DNA of 62,913 nucleotides, filler included, from Sphacelaria rigidula (GCA_964200075.2; 8 parts of 8 records of this genome joined end to end with filler, not necessarily neighbours in it); one strand, 5' to 3'. Counted from the first letter of the whole stretch, positions 24,821 to 38,925 are shown. The notes: generated from the sequence alone by a model not told the origin. Made by a program: numbers and translations.

Positions 24821-25272
24821 ATGCTGAACACCATCCCTTCGAAGAGAAAAGGTTGCTTCGGGTGTCTTCCGCCCATAGCGCTGGCCGTAGCCGTCGCGCT
24901 ACCGCTTGCCGGGAGAACTTCGTATTACTACGCTGATGCCTTCATGATTGGGTTGCCTTCGTCGATGCGATCAGTCGGCCAGCGAACATGGGAGGTATGT
25001 GCACAACAGCACGCTGCAGCAGCGGTGGCGTGCCGCGCGAGCATGCTACGACGGACGTGTCTGTGGAGTGTTGCTTCAAGTAAAGTCCAAGTTCGTGATT
25101 GTCCGACGGAGGTAGGGATGGTTGGCGCGAGCGGGGGGTTTAACGAGGCGGAAATCGTTCAGCATTTGGAGCACGACTACCGGGCGGACTTGGCGGTGTT
25201 GGCGACCAAGTTTGGCACCATGATTGAGCGGGTGGAGGACATAACGGAGGTATACGTTTCTGAACTAGACGG
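24821..25272 (+). CDS. First exon of a plastid-targeted DUF2470-like (HugZ/GluTR-binding-type) protein; alternative ATG at 24776
   Basis: A hydrophobic signal-like stretch (IALAVAVALPLA) is followed by 'ADAF' (ASAFAP-type cleavage motif) and a Ser/Ala/Arg-rich transit peptide. Then comes EIVQHLEHDYRADLAVLATKFG...ITEVYVSELDG, resembling DUF2470 'IxxHMNxDH...D..G'. The donor is gg|gtgagt. Confidence 0.65.
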
Positions 25273-28200
25273 GTGAGTGATGTGCCTCTGTGATTGAGAT
25301 AATGGGTGATCATTTTCATTGTCGTTTCCGTGCTAACCTGTGGGGTGCAGTACGTGGCCGTTCTGCGGTGCGGGGAGTATAGCGACATGACATCACAGAG
25401 CAGGTACTCTACAATTAGTACAAGCACAGGAAAGTGAAAAAAATTACTGACTGTTGTGCCTGTCCTGCATTCGGCAGGCAGGTCAGCCCCTGTTCGGGAG
25501 CGCACCGGCGCACGCTCACGTTGCGTTGGCGTCGCTTGTGTAGTGTAGTGTCTGAGCTGCAGCTGGAGACTTCATTTTTTCCACTTCTTGTGTTGAGTAT
25601 CATGTTGTTCGTGTTCATGCCAATGATTTCAATTTTCCGAAGGGGCCATGAGGACGAAACATATATGATCCCGTCCAACCGACCAGACACAACTGGCTGC
25701 CTTTATGTTGAGAGCGCTAAAATATTGAATGGACGGGACAATTCAGTCTTGAAGTTCACAAAAAATGCATGGTGAGGCTTGACCCAGTGATCGCGAGGGA
25801 AGGTCACCCAGGTGTCAACTGCTGGATCGGCATCGATATTCACTTGAAAAAAGTATCCATGATCCAGATGAACTACCCGTCTAAGGGTTAACGGTTACCG
25901 TTGCTCAACGACAGCAATGATATCTCGCCGCTTCCAATATTACGCCGCCATCATTTACGCTGCCATACTGCCACGTGTTGCACATGTGCCACCGTTTCCG
26001 TGCAGTATTCCTAATCACAAACTATACGAACGCTGTTCCACTAGCGTAGAAGAGGACGAATACGACCTCCGGTTTGTGAGCTTTGAGATCCGAAAACCGA
26101 GGCACAACGCCGATTCATGGGATGAATTTTTGTTGTGTTATTATTATCATTATTATCATTATTATTATTTTCGCACATTAGTCCGATCTCGCAAACCCGT
26201 GGTCACAGACGTAGGCTCGCCTTTCCAATACCGTCCCTGCTATTCCTTACCAGGCATATTACCAAAATAAATAAATAAAATAAGAAGAGCGACGCCACGA
26301 AAACCGGTGAGAAGTAGCTCCCCCGACTTCAACGGGGAGAGAAAAGAAAGGAAGAAAAAACAAACAAACAACAAAACGTCAGATCTGTCACAAGTGTACA
26401 CCGAAAGAAAGGAAGAGAGAAGATGATAAAGGACAAAAAAACAGAAAAAGACACGTGACACAAGGAGAGTAGTATGGCCACCATGTTAGGGGTTCAGCTC
26501 AGAAAAAAAAAAAAAACAGACACCCTCATATACGACTACCACAGCTGTTCGGAGGAAAGTAGCAGGGAGTGTACTGCTCGAATGGACTACAGGTTACTTT
26601 TTAGAGGTCCTCCATCGGCAGTATTTGTGTGCATTGCCATTCCATCTCTTCCGGACGCCAGTCTACACCTTTCGGTACATGTGGGTGCATCAGCTGGGGT
26701 CACACAGGAGGCACCGAGTTCATGGGTACGGATCGTTAGATAATAATTAAACTAAAATCAGCTATTTTTTCGTTGTTTTCCATGATTCTCGAACAGATTT
26801 AACCCGGATTTCTGTGTTGATGGACACACGTGCGCTACTCAAGCCCCATGTACCGCAGAGAGCACAAAAATGTTGAAATGTTTGGGGTGTTTTTCTGTCC
26901 AAGCCCGGTCTGGGCTTTATTTCCATGTTCTAATGAAACAATAGCTTATACGGTATGCCTTCGAAGGGGGCGGTGCTCTAGCGCACGGGGTCGCACACGC
27001 AGGAGAGATACATGTTTGCGTTAGCTGTCTGATGTCCCGTGTGTAGAGTGCTTGGTCGTCTTCGCCAATGCATCTTTACACAATATCTGTCGCGGTACCA
27101 ACTGTGTTTTTACGGCAAGATGCGCCAACCCTGCCCAGGCGGTGGGCATCGCGTGAGTACTGTCTGTACGGCACTGATCAACACGAGCCATCCCGAACAA
27201 AAGCACGACGGCCAACAATAGAGAGCAAGAGTAGCAACAATAATGCCGATATAGTCTTTTTCTGGGGTTGTGCCATCCGGGAGCATGAAACAACGCACGG
27301 CGACAACGATAGCACCGTCTTATCTCATGCCCCCTATCCAAAGCCGTGCAGGATACAGGAGGCGAAAGCTAAGCGCAAATAAAGACTGCAATGCCAACCC
27401 CCGCCATCGCAACCATACCGCAGGCACGACGACGCTCATAGCGAACGTCGGATACACCAACCCGTATACAGAAAGACAAGGCACCCCTTGTGGGGTCGTT
27501 GTTGTCCTGGATACCATCTTTCCGCGGCACGGTCCTGTGCTTTGGCTGCGGTGGCTGCGGGGACCAGAAGGCCACTGAACACGATTGTGACGGAGTCCGT
27601 ACTAAAATCAAGTTTACGTCATATAATGCGTTATATGTAGAGGGATTGGCAATAATCGAAATCAAATAACTTGAAATTAGTGTATGCGTTATATAATTTG
27701 AGCCGTACCCATGGGCCCGCCGCCACACAGGAGGAAGGCCAACACAGGAGCTTTTTTTTTTTTTCATTTTGCTTTAGTACTTAATTTTCCTCCTGCGGTG
27801 CTTGCCTTCTTTTTTATCACGAGAGGGGTTCAGCAGTCTCTTTCCTTCGTTGACACTGAAGTCGAATTTTTGTGTACCCACGACAGAGTCGCTCTCCACT
27901 GTTGGGCATTGTCGAGAAAAAATCCCAGATCATGTGAATGCACCGAGCGAATCCCCGACCCAACCGTCACAAGGTTTCGAGGTAAGGCTACGTATGCATT
28001 AAAAAAAACGCTATGAAAAAAACCGTTTTTTAACAGCACATTTTTCGGCAATTTTTTTTTCAAGTGTCCCTTCTCACGTGATGGACGCTACTGTATCAAC
28101 ATTCAAAAAGTAGTGTTCATCGTTCTCTACAAGGCGTGTGGGCATAATCTCAAATTCTGGGGCGCGCGAGAGAGACACAACACTCTGCTGTCGTGTCCTG

Positions 28201-28342
28201 GTGTACGGTCCGCACTGTCTGTACTACTGTAATATATTGATCGAGCAATACATGGTGGGCTGCGTGACACAAGACGAACAATAAGAACATCACCTTACTG
28301 CACCAAGTGACTGTAGAGCTGACGGTTGGGCTTTTTCGCTAC

Positions 28343-28782
28343 ACCGTAGTACTCGATTGTACGGACAGCACGGACAACAGTACAGACAGTGCTGTATTGT
28401 ATGCATTGGCTGTAGTACTACAACAGTAGCACTATTCATAGTCTTGCATGTACTTTCAGTACGGTCCTGTATCTACAAGGCTTGGGTGCGTAGGTACTCT
28501 GTAGTGCAAAGCGACGTCTGTTCGCAACACGCTGCATGCATAGACCTGAACTGAGCTTCAATTTCGCTCCACCGTAGTACTCGATTGTACGGGCATCGCG
28601 GACAACAGTTCAGGAAGTACTGTGTTGTATGCGTTGGATGTACTACAGTAGTAGCACTACCTATCTTATGGTCTTGTGTGTACTGTCAGTCCGGCCCTGT
28701 CTCTACAAGGCTTGGGTGCGTGGGTAGTCTGTGAAGCATTGCGACGGCTGTTTGCAACACGCTGCGTTCGCAGACCTGAATT
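28343..28782 (+). repeat. Tandem duplication of a ~228-bp unit
   Basis: caccgtagtactcgattgtacgg...ctacaaggcttgggtgcgt...gcaacacgctgc...agacctgaa is repeated head-to-tail. Confidence 0.8.
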
Positions 28783-31700
28783 GAGGAAACATATTGTACG
28801 GACTACATATAGATTGTCCTGTCTGCACAGCACTCGTCATCGACCCTGCCCTCTGCTGTTCTCATGGGGTAGAGGTCCACCACGCTACTGGCGAGCGAAG
28901 GACGATGATACAGCACGCTGAATGCCTGCGAGCACCCAGCGACAGCAGTAGTGATGGCAGCCAAGCCATCACAGGTGCTGTCGTGAGCTGTAAGGTGTGC
29001 CCAAACGCTTTTTCAACAATATTTTTCGATAGCCCAAGGATATAATAAAATCACGATATTTTGATAACTCTGGGCTGTCGGAAAATGTATTCAGAAATTT
29101 TCTCATCGTATAAGAAGTGGGTTTTTGGTCATTTATCAGGAAATGCGTTTTTTTACACTGTTTTATACAGAAAAAGTAGCCTTTGGGACCTTCTTAACGG
29201 AGGAGATTATCCCCTGTTTCACCGTCTTTTTTTGCCAGGAGATTGGCCCCATAAGGACCAGTCCTGAGTCCCATCGTGAAGCGGTTTTGTATAGATTGGA
29301 CATCAGATCTGTACGTAGGTTCAGAAATACGGCGGGTCTGGAAGTGGTCGCTAGTCCAAGGTCTGTGTAATGCTGCAGACAAGACGTAACAAGGCAACAC
29401 AACACCTACACACCCAGCCCCGAAAAAACACGCACAGACCGCACAGACACCCACCACTCTCGCGCACTAGTTTCACTGCCAGCCCTTGCTAATCTACACA
29501 CGGCAGTCTTTGTTTGACGGAAAAATGTTTTGTATTGGACGAATGGCGGCTGCGTGCGTGTCAAAAACAACCGAAAACGTGTCGCTGCTGACCGTTTTGT
29601 TCGCGTGTGCTGTGCGCGCGACCCACACAAATCATCATATCTCAACGAATTCTTGACATATTTGAGCAAGGTCGCGCACAGTGTGCTCAGCTGATGAGCA
29701 GCTACGGCTCGAGCAGTGTGTTTTTGGTTCGCGGGGCCACCAAGTTCCTCAGGTTCAGCTGTGATTGAGTTGGGTTGTGTGGTGAGCCTTTGCATGCCCC
29801 CCTGTCAACGGGACATGTATGTTCCCCTTCGAGGTGCACAGGAATCCCCTTTTCAAAAGGCGATTTCTGTGCCCGTTGAGCAGAATTTTTGGGGGGTGGT
29901 ATCACAGCGACCAATCAACGGTCGTTTTTCAAAAAGAGGGTTGTGAAAAAGGGGAAAATACCCTCCGTGAAGACGGGCCCGTACCAACTGAGCAACGACC
30001 TGTACTAGAATGGAAAATTCAACGAATCAGAGGCCCTTCAGTAAGGAATCAGTGGATTCTAGCGCCAATGAAATGTGGCCTTCGTAGTGAATCATGTGAA
30101 AAATTCTTGTGATCGGCTCGCAGACTTGAGTCAGATTCAAAGTGTATCTACTACAGTATGTGAGTGTACAATCGCGCCGAGACGAACAGGGCAGCAGCAG
30201 GAAAACGAAGCTGCAAGCAGACAATTAGACAGCGAGTGCTACATTGCCGCCGCAGGGGGTCAACGCGACACTCGTGCATCGGTATATCCCCATCTTAGTA
30301 TGGCTAGTGGCGTACTTCCGTGGCCGCGAGTCCTGGCGCCTGCCAGCAGCGCGGCCGCCGTGTTGCGAGGTGCATCACTACCTTCTTTGGCGGTGCATAC
30401 CTGTGCTGTGCGTTGCTCTTTTCAGCGGAGCACGGGGTCTGGCCCAGCGGGTCGAGCGGTGTATACTGGCGCTCGTCGTGTGCTCCCACCAGCCATGTTT
30501 GGTATCGCCCAGAAAGTGGGTTTGGGCAGCGCTTTGTTCGTTTCACAGAGGACGAAACAGTGAACACACCGTGAAATTTTCAACAGTCAGAGTGTGAACA
30601 GCACTCCGTGCCGACTGACATTATTTTCCACAGAGACGAACACGGTGACAATACAGCAGCTCAGGTAATCCCGACGGAGACGAAGCCTTCTTCCAAGGTT
30701 TAAAGCACATGCGAGGGTGTGGGTGTGTTTGTGCCGCAGTACAGTAAACCACGACATGTCCCATGTTCAGTTCTTCGCCTGATTTTTAACGTGTAACGAG
30801 TTTCGGCCGCTTCACGCAAATAATGTAATTGACTAAAGAAGCATCAACATGTATGGGTCCTGTGTCACAACCGATCGCCCCGGTGCAGTTTTTGGCGGCA
30901 AGGGTGCCCCAGTACAGTCTGAGCTGGGCGGATTGAAGCTCCCACAGCCATATCTAATCGACGCAGATGAGTTGGGCTGTGGTCCGCAGTTCTTATTAGC
31001 CGTCGTAATTGACCCTTTTGGGACTGAAGCTCACTAACACCATTTCACGACGTGTTATTAAAATAATAAGAAACAAGTCTGGGAGCGACCTGTCCAATCA
31101 GGGCGAGGCGAAATTTATCGACCACATCAAAACGACAAGTGGGGGGGGGGAGCTGTTGCCGGGAGTGATGCCACTGCAAAGATGGTTTACCCTGTCCCTG
31201 GCCCACAAAAAAGCCTTCGAAGCAAGACAAAACCTACGTTGTCGGGGCTCGGATTCCCGAATTTTTCATCATTTACTTGCATTTTATGTAGGCCCGACCT
31301 CCCGTCCCCCGAATTTTTGTTGGGTCACCATCCTATAGTAAACCCTAGGTGGTAACACTAACATGTAGTGCTCGGGGGAAATTCGGGAATAAATGTACCC
31401 TGCTATATNNNNNNNNNNNNNNNNNNNNNNNNNNNNNNNNNNNNNNNNNNNNTTAATTAATTAANNNNNNNNNNNNNNNNNNNNNNNNNNNNNNNNNNNN
31501 NNNNNNNNGTTGCTTGCCTTAGTCGTTTGACCATTGACCACGCATCCCTTTCGAGACGGAGCACCGTTCCTACTCTTAATAGAGACACCTCCAACATTCT
31601 GGGGGGGAAACTCGGGGGCAAGTCCATCGTATTGTGATGTCTGTGGGCTAGGTGTGGGATGTTCAACACGAATTTTCAGAATAATTTTCGTAAGAATTAT

Positions 31701-31892
31701 CATAAGAATTCTCACAAAAAAGTCTAAAATGGGATATTTTCTGCCCTGATTTTAGTATTGAAAATGAGGTCCTTTTTTTCTTCATCAACTTTTCGTATGT
31801 TCTCTATCTTTTAAAGAACTCAACTATAAGGTCATCGTCAGCACCGAACAAAAAAACGCCCATAAACGACCAGACTTACGGGATAGAGGAGG

Positions 31893-32165
31893 TATAGCGT
31901 AAAGAACATGCAGAGAAATATATTGTCAGCTATTGTTGACAGGGCTGTATGGAAGAAAATGACGAAAGGGCAGGCTGGAATAAGGTGGGATAGAGAAGTC
32001 GAGAAAGTATGGAAGGAGATAGGAGGAAACCAAGACGAAATACTGTCCATAGGGAGAGGCGTGAGGTAGGAGACAAAAGTGATAGACATGATAAAAATAA
32101 GGGAAAAAGAAGCGCTCAGACGCAACGCAGACGAGGACGGACACCTGAAGATATACGAGGCGTTA
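31893..32165 (+). mobile_element. Non-LTR retrotransposon (LINE) ORF2 fragment C-terminal to the RT, with an in-frame stop
   Basis: It translates YSVKNMQRNILSAIVDRAVWKKMTKGQAGIRWDREVEKVWKEIGGNQDEILSIGRGVR*ETKVIDMIKIREKEALRRNADEDGHLKIYEAL. This resembles the post-RT 'V..M...R....W......G....RW...V' segment of RTE-like LINEs. Confidence 0.6.
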
Positions 32166-35100
32166 CCACTCCAGAGTCATGCGCCCACCTCGTCACCTGG
32201 CCTGCATTCTTGTGTTTGAGGATTGGTTGCAGCTCGGAAGCAGCGCGCGATCTATGATCTATATTTGAGTGGTGAGTCAAGAGCGATTGAACGACACAGG
32301 AATTTCCCCGCAGTCGAGTCTTCACAGTGCAAGGAGCTGTTGATTACGGTTAGGGGTTTTGGTGTGGGGGTTTTTGTGCCCTTTCTGTAACTAGTGGAAG
32401 ACAAAACAGATGTATTTTCAACCCCACACCTTGCTCCACGTTTGATGACGTGTCGGGAAAAATGGCTCAAAAATCCCCAATGACTTCACGTTGGTGAGAC
32501 CCTTCACCCACGAAGTTACGCTCAGAGTAGCGCTGCGCTAAAATCAAAGGCAGGATTCTTGTGCTATATGGAGTCTCCTCAAATAGGCCCTGAGATAGTC
32601 TGTGAAAAAGGCTCGACGGGAATGCATCCATGCCGCAAATAAAACAACGGGGTATGAAATTGGACAACCTGACAAACGCCGGGACGGCGGAGCGTACAGG
32701 AGTTAGCTTTTATAAACAGCCCACGTCCAACACTGTCTGTATAGTTGTGATTGCGAAAAGAAGGCTGGTAACCAACGTACAGCTCCAACTATTTTACCCC
32801 TATGGTGTGGTGTATGCCTCAACTTCAACTGAGAGAAAAATTGTGCACCGAAAGTGTGGTGCGACGCCCAGATACCTTGGGTTCGTACGCAACAGCCATG
32901 TGTGGTGATCCCGCCGTTGTTATTATGGTACTCCTTGCGAACATGTCGTGGGGAATCTCGAGTATGGGGCAAATTACGATTTTATTCATCCGACCCTTGC
33001 AATCTTTGTATCTGTTTTGGCGGCGATCAAGATATACCGATCATCAGTTTGTGCGCTGCGATGGGGGTAAAATCGAGTCGGAGTTCTCGCGTTAGGTAGC
33101 CTTGGACACGTACCCATAGTTGAAACCAAGCATATTTGCGGTTTAATGCTTTATTGAGTCTATGGATACAACGGCGTGTTGTTTTCTTAGGGGTGACAGG
33201 AAGCCTGACATTGAACCATCCGCCAAACTGCTCAGTTTTACGACTTACGCTATTACCATGTGATGATTTTCACGTATGAAGGGGGGCAAAAAGAAGATTA
33301 TGTCTCACCGAAAGCCGATGGCCCTCAAGGGAGTCTCCAATGCCAACCCCGTTCGCCGCGGGACGATAGCCACAACCTGGGACGCCGGCGCTCCCACCGC
33401 CATTAGAGAATTCCACAGTGCCCGAGCGCGGTCGAGCACGAGAATATCATCGACATCTGTAAGCACAACCTATGGACAGTGTTGAGAACAAGCATCGATA
33501 GAAGGCGATAAGAAGGTCAATCTGCATGCGTACCATATGCTATGAAAGCACCCAGGTGTGTTCATTTTTTTGGCACTGAATACGTTATAGTACCATGCTA
33601 GAATCAGAATCCAAACTCGAGGATCCACCAAGCAAATTCCCGAAGCAACGAGGAGAAGTGGGCTGGGATCAAAGCGCAACCCTGCGGGTATCAATTTTGT
33701 CGGAAGGTTGGGCTTGCTTCTTTGGCTTTTTGATCCATGAGTATGAATGATATATTCTTTGCACTCCTGTGAGCGCGGGTTCGAGAGATCGAGCAAATGT
33801 GACCGAGATAATGATGAAAGATGCAGTGTGATCCTGAGGTTTCTCACTTACAATGAGACAGCAGGGAAAGTGGAAGGTGAACAGCACCGAACGAGATAGC
33901 AAGTCACGACCCCATTGAAAGATCGTTCTGGAGAAAAATGGACATCCGCGGTAGAAAAGTTAGTCCAACCACCCATAATTCCGCCCCGTGACAGCCAGAG
34001 GTGGCGAACGAGGTCATGCGAGGACAACAGCAACGTGTGGTGGATACATCGATATTGAGTGCGGGGATGATTTTTTTTCGGAATGTGAAGCGGATGATAG
34101 TATCTCCAAATCCCCAAACTTCGGGTTCAAACATTCACTTTGATGATGAACGGTGGCACGCGAAGATGCTTTCAAGAATCGCCAACAACGAATAAGTTAC
34201 ATTATTCGCCAAGTCTGCGCCTGGCTACGGTACTCCTCTCTTGTTCGATTGGAAGTCGCTTACTATCCTCAGCTTGAAAATACAGCGCCGATATCTAGCA
34301 TCTATCCTGTTCATGCGCTCTTTCGCTCACTCACTCATGTTCTCTTTTGTTTGTCACCCCCCCTGTTCGCGCCTTCCGCGTGTCAAAAGTGCTCACGTCC
34401 AACTGTACATGTGGCGGCCGGAAGTGGATGTCCAAGAGTAGCGCGGACTCTGGGTGGCAAAGTCGCAACTGTGTTCCCCGGCCGCACTCTGGACAGCTTC
34501 CTACCTGAAGTACTGGTACTTGCGTGTAGGAATTTCTAGTTGGGATGTACTCGCCATGACTCAAGCGTATGTCAGATATTACCACGATTCAGTATCCTTG
34601 TTTCATGTTTACCACGAAGGAGTTCGTCGCCGATCCGTTAATGCACGATCGTTGATTGATCAGTTCAACTCACCGCATATCCTTGTTTGGTATCTCCAAA
34701 ACACGGGTGGCTTGCGAAAGCCGTGCTGTTACCGTTGTCCTCCGACTCAGCCCTAGGCGTCGCAATTTGCCTGAAACGTGAGGACAGGACACACGGCGAG
34801 AGCAAGAGTAACACAGTGAGAAGAAGCCAGGAACAAACGGAGTTATCAAAGAACAGACACAGCTGTAAGGATGTTTCATCACCGCTCAAGTCGTCCACGC
34901 CATACTGCAGTGATTCCTAGTTCTGCAACACACTAGTCAGTAGAGGCGGGAAAAGGCCAACAATTTGGCTTGCCCGCGCAGCACACACAACCTGTCGCAG
35001 CTCCTGGGCATCTGGTTGTTGTCCCATCAAACCAGGGGTGGCATTAGCAGTTGGGCAGAGGCGATCATTTCGGGGCTACTATACGAGGGCTGGACGTTTG

Positions 35101-36491
35101 TTTATGAATCGCATGGTTCCAGAGCACATTACGTTTACAACGCATGCGTTGTCTTTAGTCCTGGGCGTGCAACTGCCTGTAGCTCCAAGAATCGAATAAC
35201 CTTTCCAGTGTTTGGCGACAAAAGCCAAGCCAATGTTACCGACGGTGCTTCACTCCCTCCATACACGACGAATGGAATCTATTCCCGAAAGCAACACAGC
35301 ATGAGCATATCATCGTATGCCCGCGTCTGGATCTTGCACCATCGTGGTGACAAGGCGCAGTTTGCAATGCTGCACAGTTGCTAGTGATGGAATCATCCCG
35401 TCGAAGCTCTTCGTCAACACGGCTTCTGGTCATGGAGCATTTGACTTCTATCACGGAGGACTTTGCACTGATATTCTTTTACCTCCTCCACTACAAAAAC
35501 TAATAACATCTAGTGACCCCACACAAACGGGGAATAAATATCACATTGCCGACCTTCATATTTCCGTATCGGGCAACACCGTGCACACCACCGAACGCGG
35601 GACATAATCACGCTATCAGCCTGCAGCTTGTGCCGACAATCCAGCCTTGAACATAGCTTTTGAGATATGCTGCGTGTTGGGCCGTAGATCCTTCCCAAGG
35701 AGCTCCTCGCTCGTGTGGACTATACCTACTTTGGGGATGCTTTAAGCTGGTACTTTTTGCCGTGACTCTTGTACGCGAAAATCCGCATAGATCTATAGAT
35801 CTTACTATTTGTTTCTTTTGGCGCAGCACTGATCATGATTTCAGAACAATGTTAGCCGTTTTTTTTGTGAAATTCGGGGGAAGCTGAGGTCCCCCGGATT
35901 TTCAGGAGGTAACGTATGTGCATTGACGTACGCTGGTAGGGTAAGAGGCGTTCGATATTTTTGCAAGCGCAGCAGGAGACAGTCTCGTGACAGCGCAGAG
36001 CGTGGTGCTTGCCCGCGTCAGCTGCTGGAGCAGCTTAGCACGGGGTTTGACAAGCGGATAATGAGTGTTGACGCCATACCCTGCCGCGATGGTAAAATTT
36101 CATGCTGCACTGGCATATCATCAAAGCGAACGGCACTGTGCTATGGTATCCTAGTCTGTTGTCGCTATACTTGTAGGGTGATATGTGGCACTGCACTTCG
36201 TACTGAACTCGTGTCGCACACTGTTCATTGTTGTCGCAATACCGACTGTGCCACCATGTATTACCACAAGGCAGTATTAATATCATGCACTGTAACAAGT
36301 ACACGATGCCCAATTATGCAGAAAACGACTGTTGACAGCACTGTTTCCCAAATTCGTGAAACCATAAAACGGTCCCTAAGGACCTGAGTTTCACAAAATC
36401 AGGGTCTCGCCAGAATTGTTCCAATTAAAGTCGGTCTTAGACCGACTGTAATGGGAGCCGTTCAGATTTCATCCATCAGAGTTTTTCTCAC

Positions 36492-36650
36492 CCTGGACAA
36501 TATGTGGTCAATAGATGCAATCGACAAAAAACATACTGGGTGAAGTATAGGCCTATTGTAACTACTGACGACCCACAATAGTTGCAGCAGGCCTATACTT
36601 TACCCCGTATATTTTCGTCTATTGCACCTATTGACTACATGTTGTCCAGG
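36492..36650. mobile_element. Hairpin MITE family (~120-160 bp); related copies at ~3182-3303, ~7580-7706 and ~43286-43444
   Basis: The termini cctggacaatatgtggtcaatagatgcaat ... attgcacctattgactacatgttgtccagg are inverted, and four copies occur across three contigs. Confidence 0.8.
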
Positions 36651-37758
36651 ATGTGATTGTTTTTGAACGGGTGATCACAAACACCAAATTTATGGAACAA
36701 GGTCGTCAAGATGTAGACTCCCCAAATTCTAAACGGACCCAAAACATTGCTAATATTCTGGCCAAGTCTCAGAGTCGGGAGACGACTCTAAACGCTTCAG
36801 GACCTGTTTCAAATTCTGCACAAGTATAATGGGGCATTTCATGTTTTACTGTACTACAGCACGTAAAGACGGCTCCTTCATGTGCTGCACCAGTCACTGC
36901 ACAATCGTGTGTTTAGTTAGACCTTGCCAAAACTGTCTGGTCTCTGCTGGGATCACCTGGGCTGCTGTACTGCTATTGCATTCCGAACAACTGCAGTTGG
37001 CAGGCAGCGCTGTCTTGTCGAAGTTGAAAATGCTCTACAGCATGTGTTTGTTGGATATCGTGTCTTCCGCAACGAGGAAGGTCCTTGGTGCACAGACCCA
37101 GCATTCCTGTCCTGTAGCTAACAGGCAGTGCGGTACCCTGCAAGGACAGTTTGATCCGCGCTGAAGAGTGCCTGAACCGCTACGCTGTTGTTGAGTCCAG
37201 GCCAGTACACAAGACTAGACACAGCCGAAAGCGCCACCATTATGGTGTGTTGGATGCGTCGGGACGTTTTTGAAACTAAAACATAATGCAATTCGTGCTC
37301 ACGTCTATCATTTCCATTCTGTAGTTGTCGTTACTTTGACTGCAGTGCGTTTGAATCCTACGAACACGATTTAATCTTCGCTGGAGGTTGCCTGAGATGC
37401 TGAACCGCCGATGGTCCGGTCTGTACAGATGGATGGGAACAAAATGCTGTTGACACGAAGTTGGAAAAGTCACATGATGGGTGTGCAGCCGTCATATCTT
37501 CTTTGGTTGCTGTTGTAGAGGTGCACAACTCCGGGGCCACGCCAACTTCGACATCTATGTACAACTCCAACTTTATGCCATCATCGTGTGTTTTATGGCC
37601 CCTGTTCAGAATCGTGGCGGAAAGAAAAAACATTTTTAGTTTTTGAAAAAATAAAATTTTGAACGGCTCCCATGAGAGTTGGTTGGCCTAAGAGTTTGCC
37701 TTTTTGGGCTATGTTTATGCACGGGGACCAATCTGTATTTGCACAAATATGAGGATTT

Positions 37759-38266
37759 CAAGGGCAGGTCGAGTAGAGTACTCTAAATACTCGATATTTG
37801 GGAAGAGTCATACTTAGTACCCAATATTTGAGTAGGGTATATGAGGTCTTACTCGATCTAGCCACAATTAAGTAGAGTATTTGAGGTCAAACTCAGTCAA
37901 CTCAAAAATTTGATCAGAGTATTGAAGTCATACCCAAGCGATACTCTACACTCAGGAATTACTGAGAGTACTTACCCAACATTTGAGTGGAGTATTTGAG
38001 GTCGTACTCAATCGACCCAAATTCAAATATAGTATTTGAGGTCGTACTCAATCTACCCAATATTCGAGTAGAGTATTTGAGATCATACTCAATCTATCCA
38101 AAATTCAAGTAAAGTGTTGGGGTCATATCCAAGTGATACTCTATACTCAAGTATTACTGAGAGTACCTACCCCAAAATTGAGTAGAGTATTTGAGGTCGT
38201 ACTCAATCTACCCGAAACTTGAGTACAATATTTGAGGTCGTACGTACTCTACGCGACCTGCCCTTG
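37759..38266. mobile_element. MITE with 23-bp TIRs enclosing a tandem array of ~39-bp units
   Basis: The TIRs CAAGGGCAGGTCGAGTAGAGTAC / GTACTCTACGCGACCTGCCCTTG differ by one mismatch. The internal unit is approximately GAGTAGAGTATTTGAGGTCGTACTCAATCTACCCAAAATTT, present in roughly 10-12 degenerate copies. Confidence 0.8.
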
Positions 38267-38647
38267 CACTGGTTCCAGTGCCGAGTCGCCCATGGACGAG
38301 TTAGATGTGCGGCCCGCAGAGTCGCTCATTTTGACAATACCTACCCGACTACCCGTCTACTGGATTGCCCAATGATGATGGGTAACGCTGTGTACTGAAA
38401 ATCATGTCTAAGAGGTTGCGAGGTATGAAGTATATACTGCCATGGGTGGGGACAGGTGAGCCAGGGCAGGTAGGTTCATTCAACTGCATGCTTTTTTTGT
38501 TTTTGTTGGCCATCATTCCCTCAAACGTTTCGTACCGCATGACGCAACGTCACTCATCTCATTGATGGTTATCGTTCGCCAATATATTCAACATAGTCTG
38601 TGAGGTGACGTCACGAAGTCGCCGACTGTCACGTGGGACTCATCATG

Positions 38648-38925
38648 CCCAAGTGATACTCTATACCTGAGTATTACTGAGAGTGCTTACCCAAAATTTG
38701 AGCTGAGGTCGTACTCAATCTACCCAAAAATTGAGGAGAGTATTTGAGGTCGTACTCAATCCACCCAAAATCTTAGCAGAGTAGTGAAGGTCGTACTCAA
38801 TCTACCTAAATTTTGGGTTGAGTATTTGAGGCCGTACCCAGCCTACTCAAAATTTGAGTACTCGTAGAGGAAATACTCGGGTATTCACCCGAGTATTCAA
38901 AACTACATACTCCACTCGACCTTGT
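38648..38925. repeat. Second, partial array of the same ~39-bp unit
   Basis: It has the same gagtatttgaggtcgtactcaatctacccaaa units and ends in a TIR-like atactccactcgacc. Confidence 0.8.

Noticed and set aside
13911..25272. Functional cluster of aminotransferase + Lon-like + DUF2470 genes
   Set aside because: The genes lie on three different contigs joined by artificial linkers.
37770..38860. CRISPR-like array
   Set aside because: The units are contiguous degenerate tandem repeats with no unique spacers. There are no cas genes, the context is eukaryotic and the main array is enclosed by TIRs.
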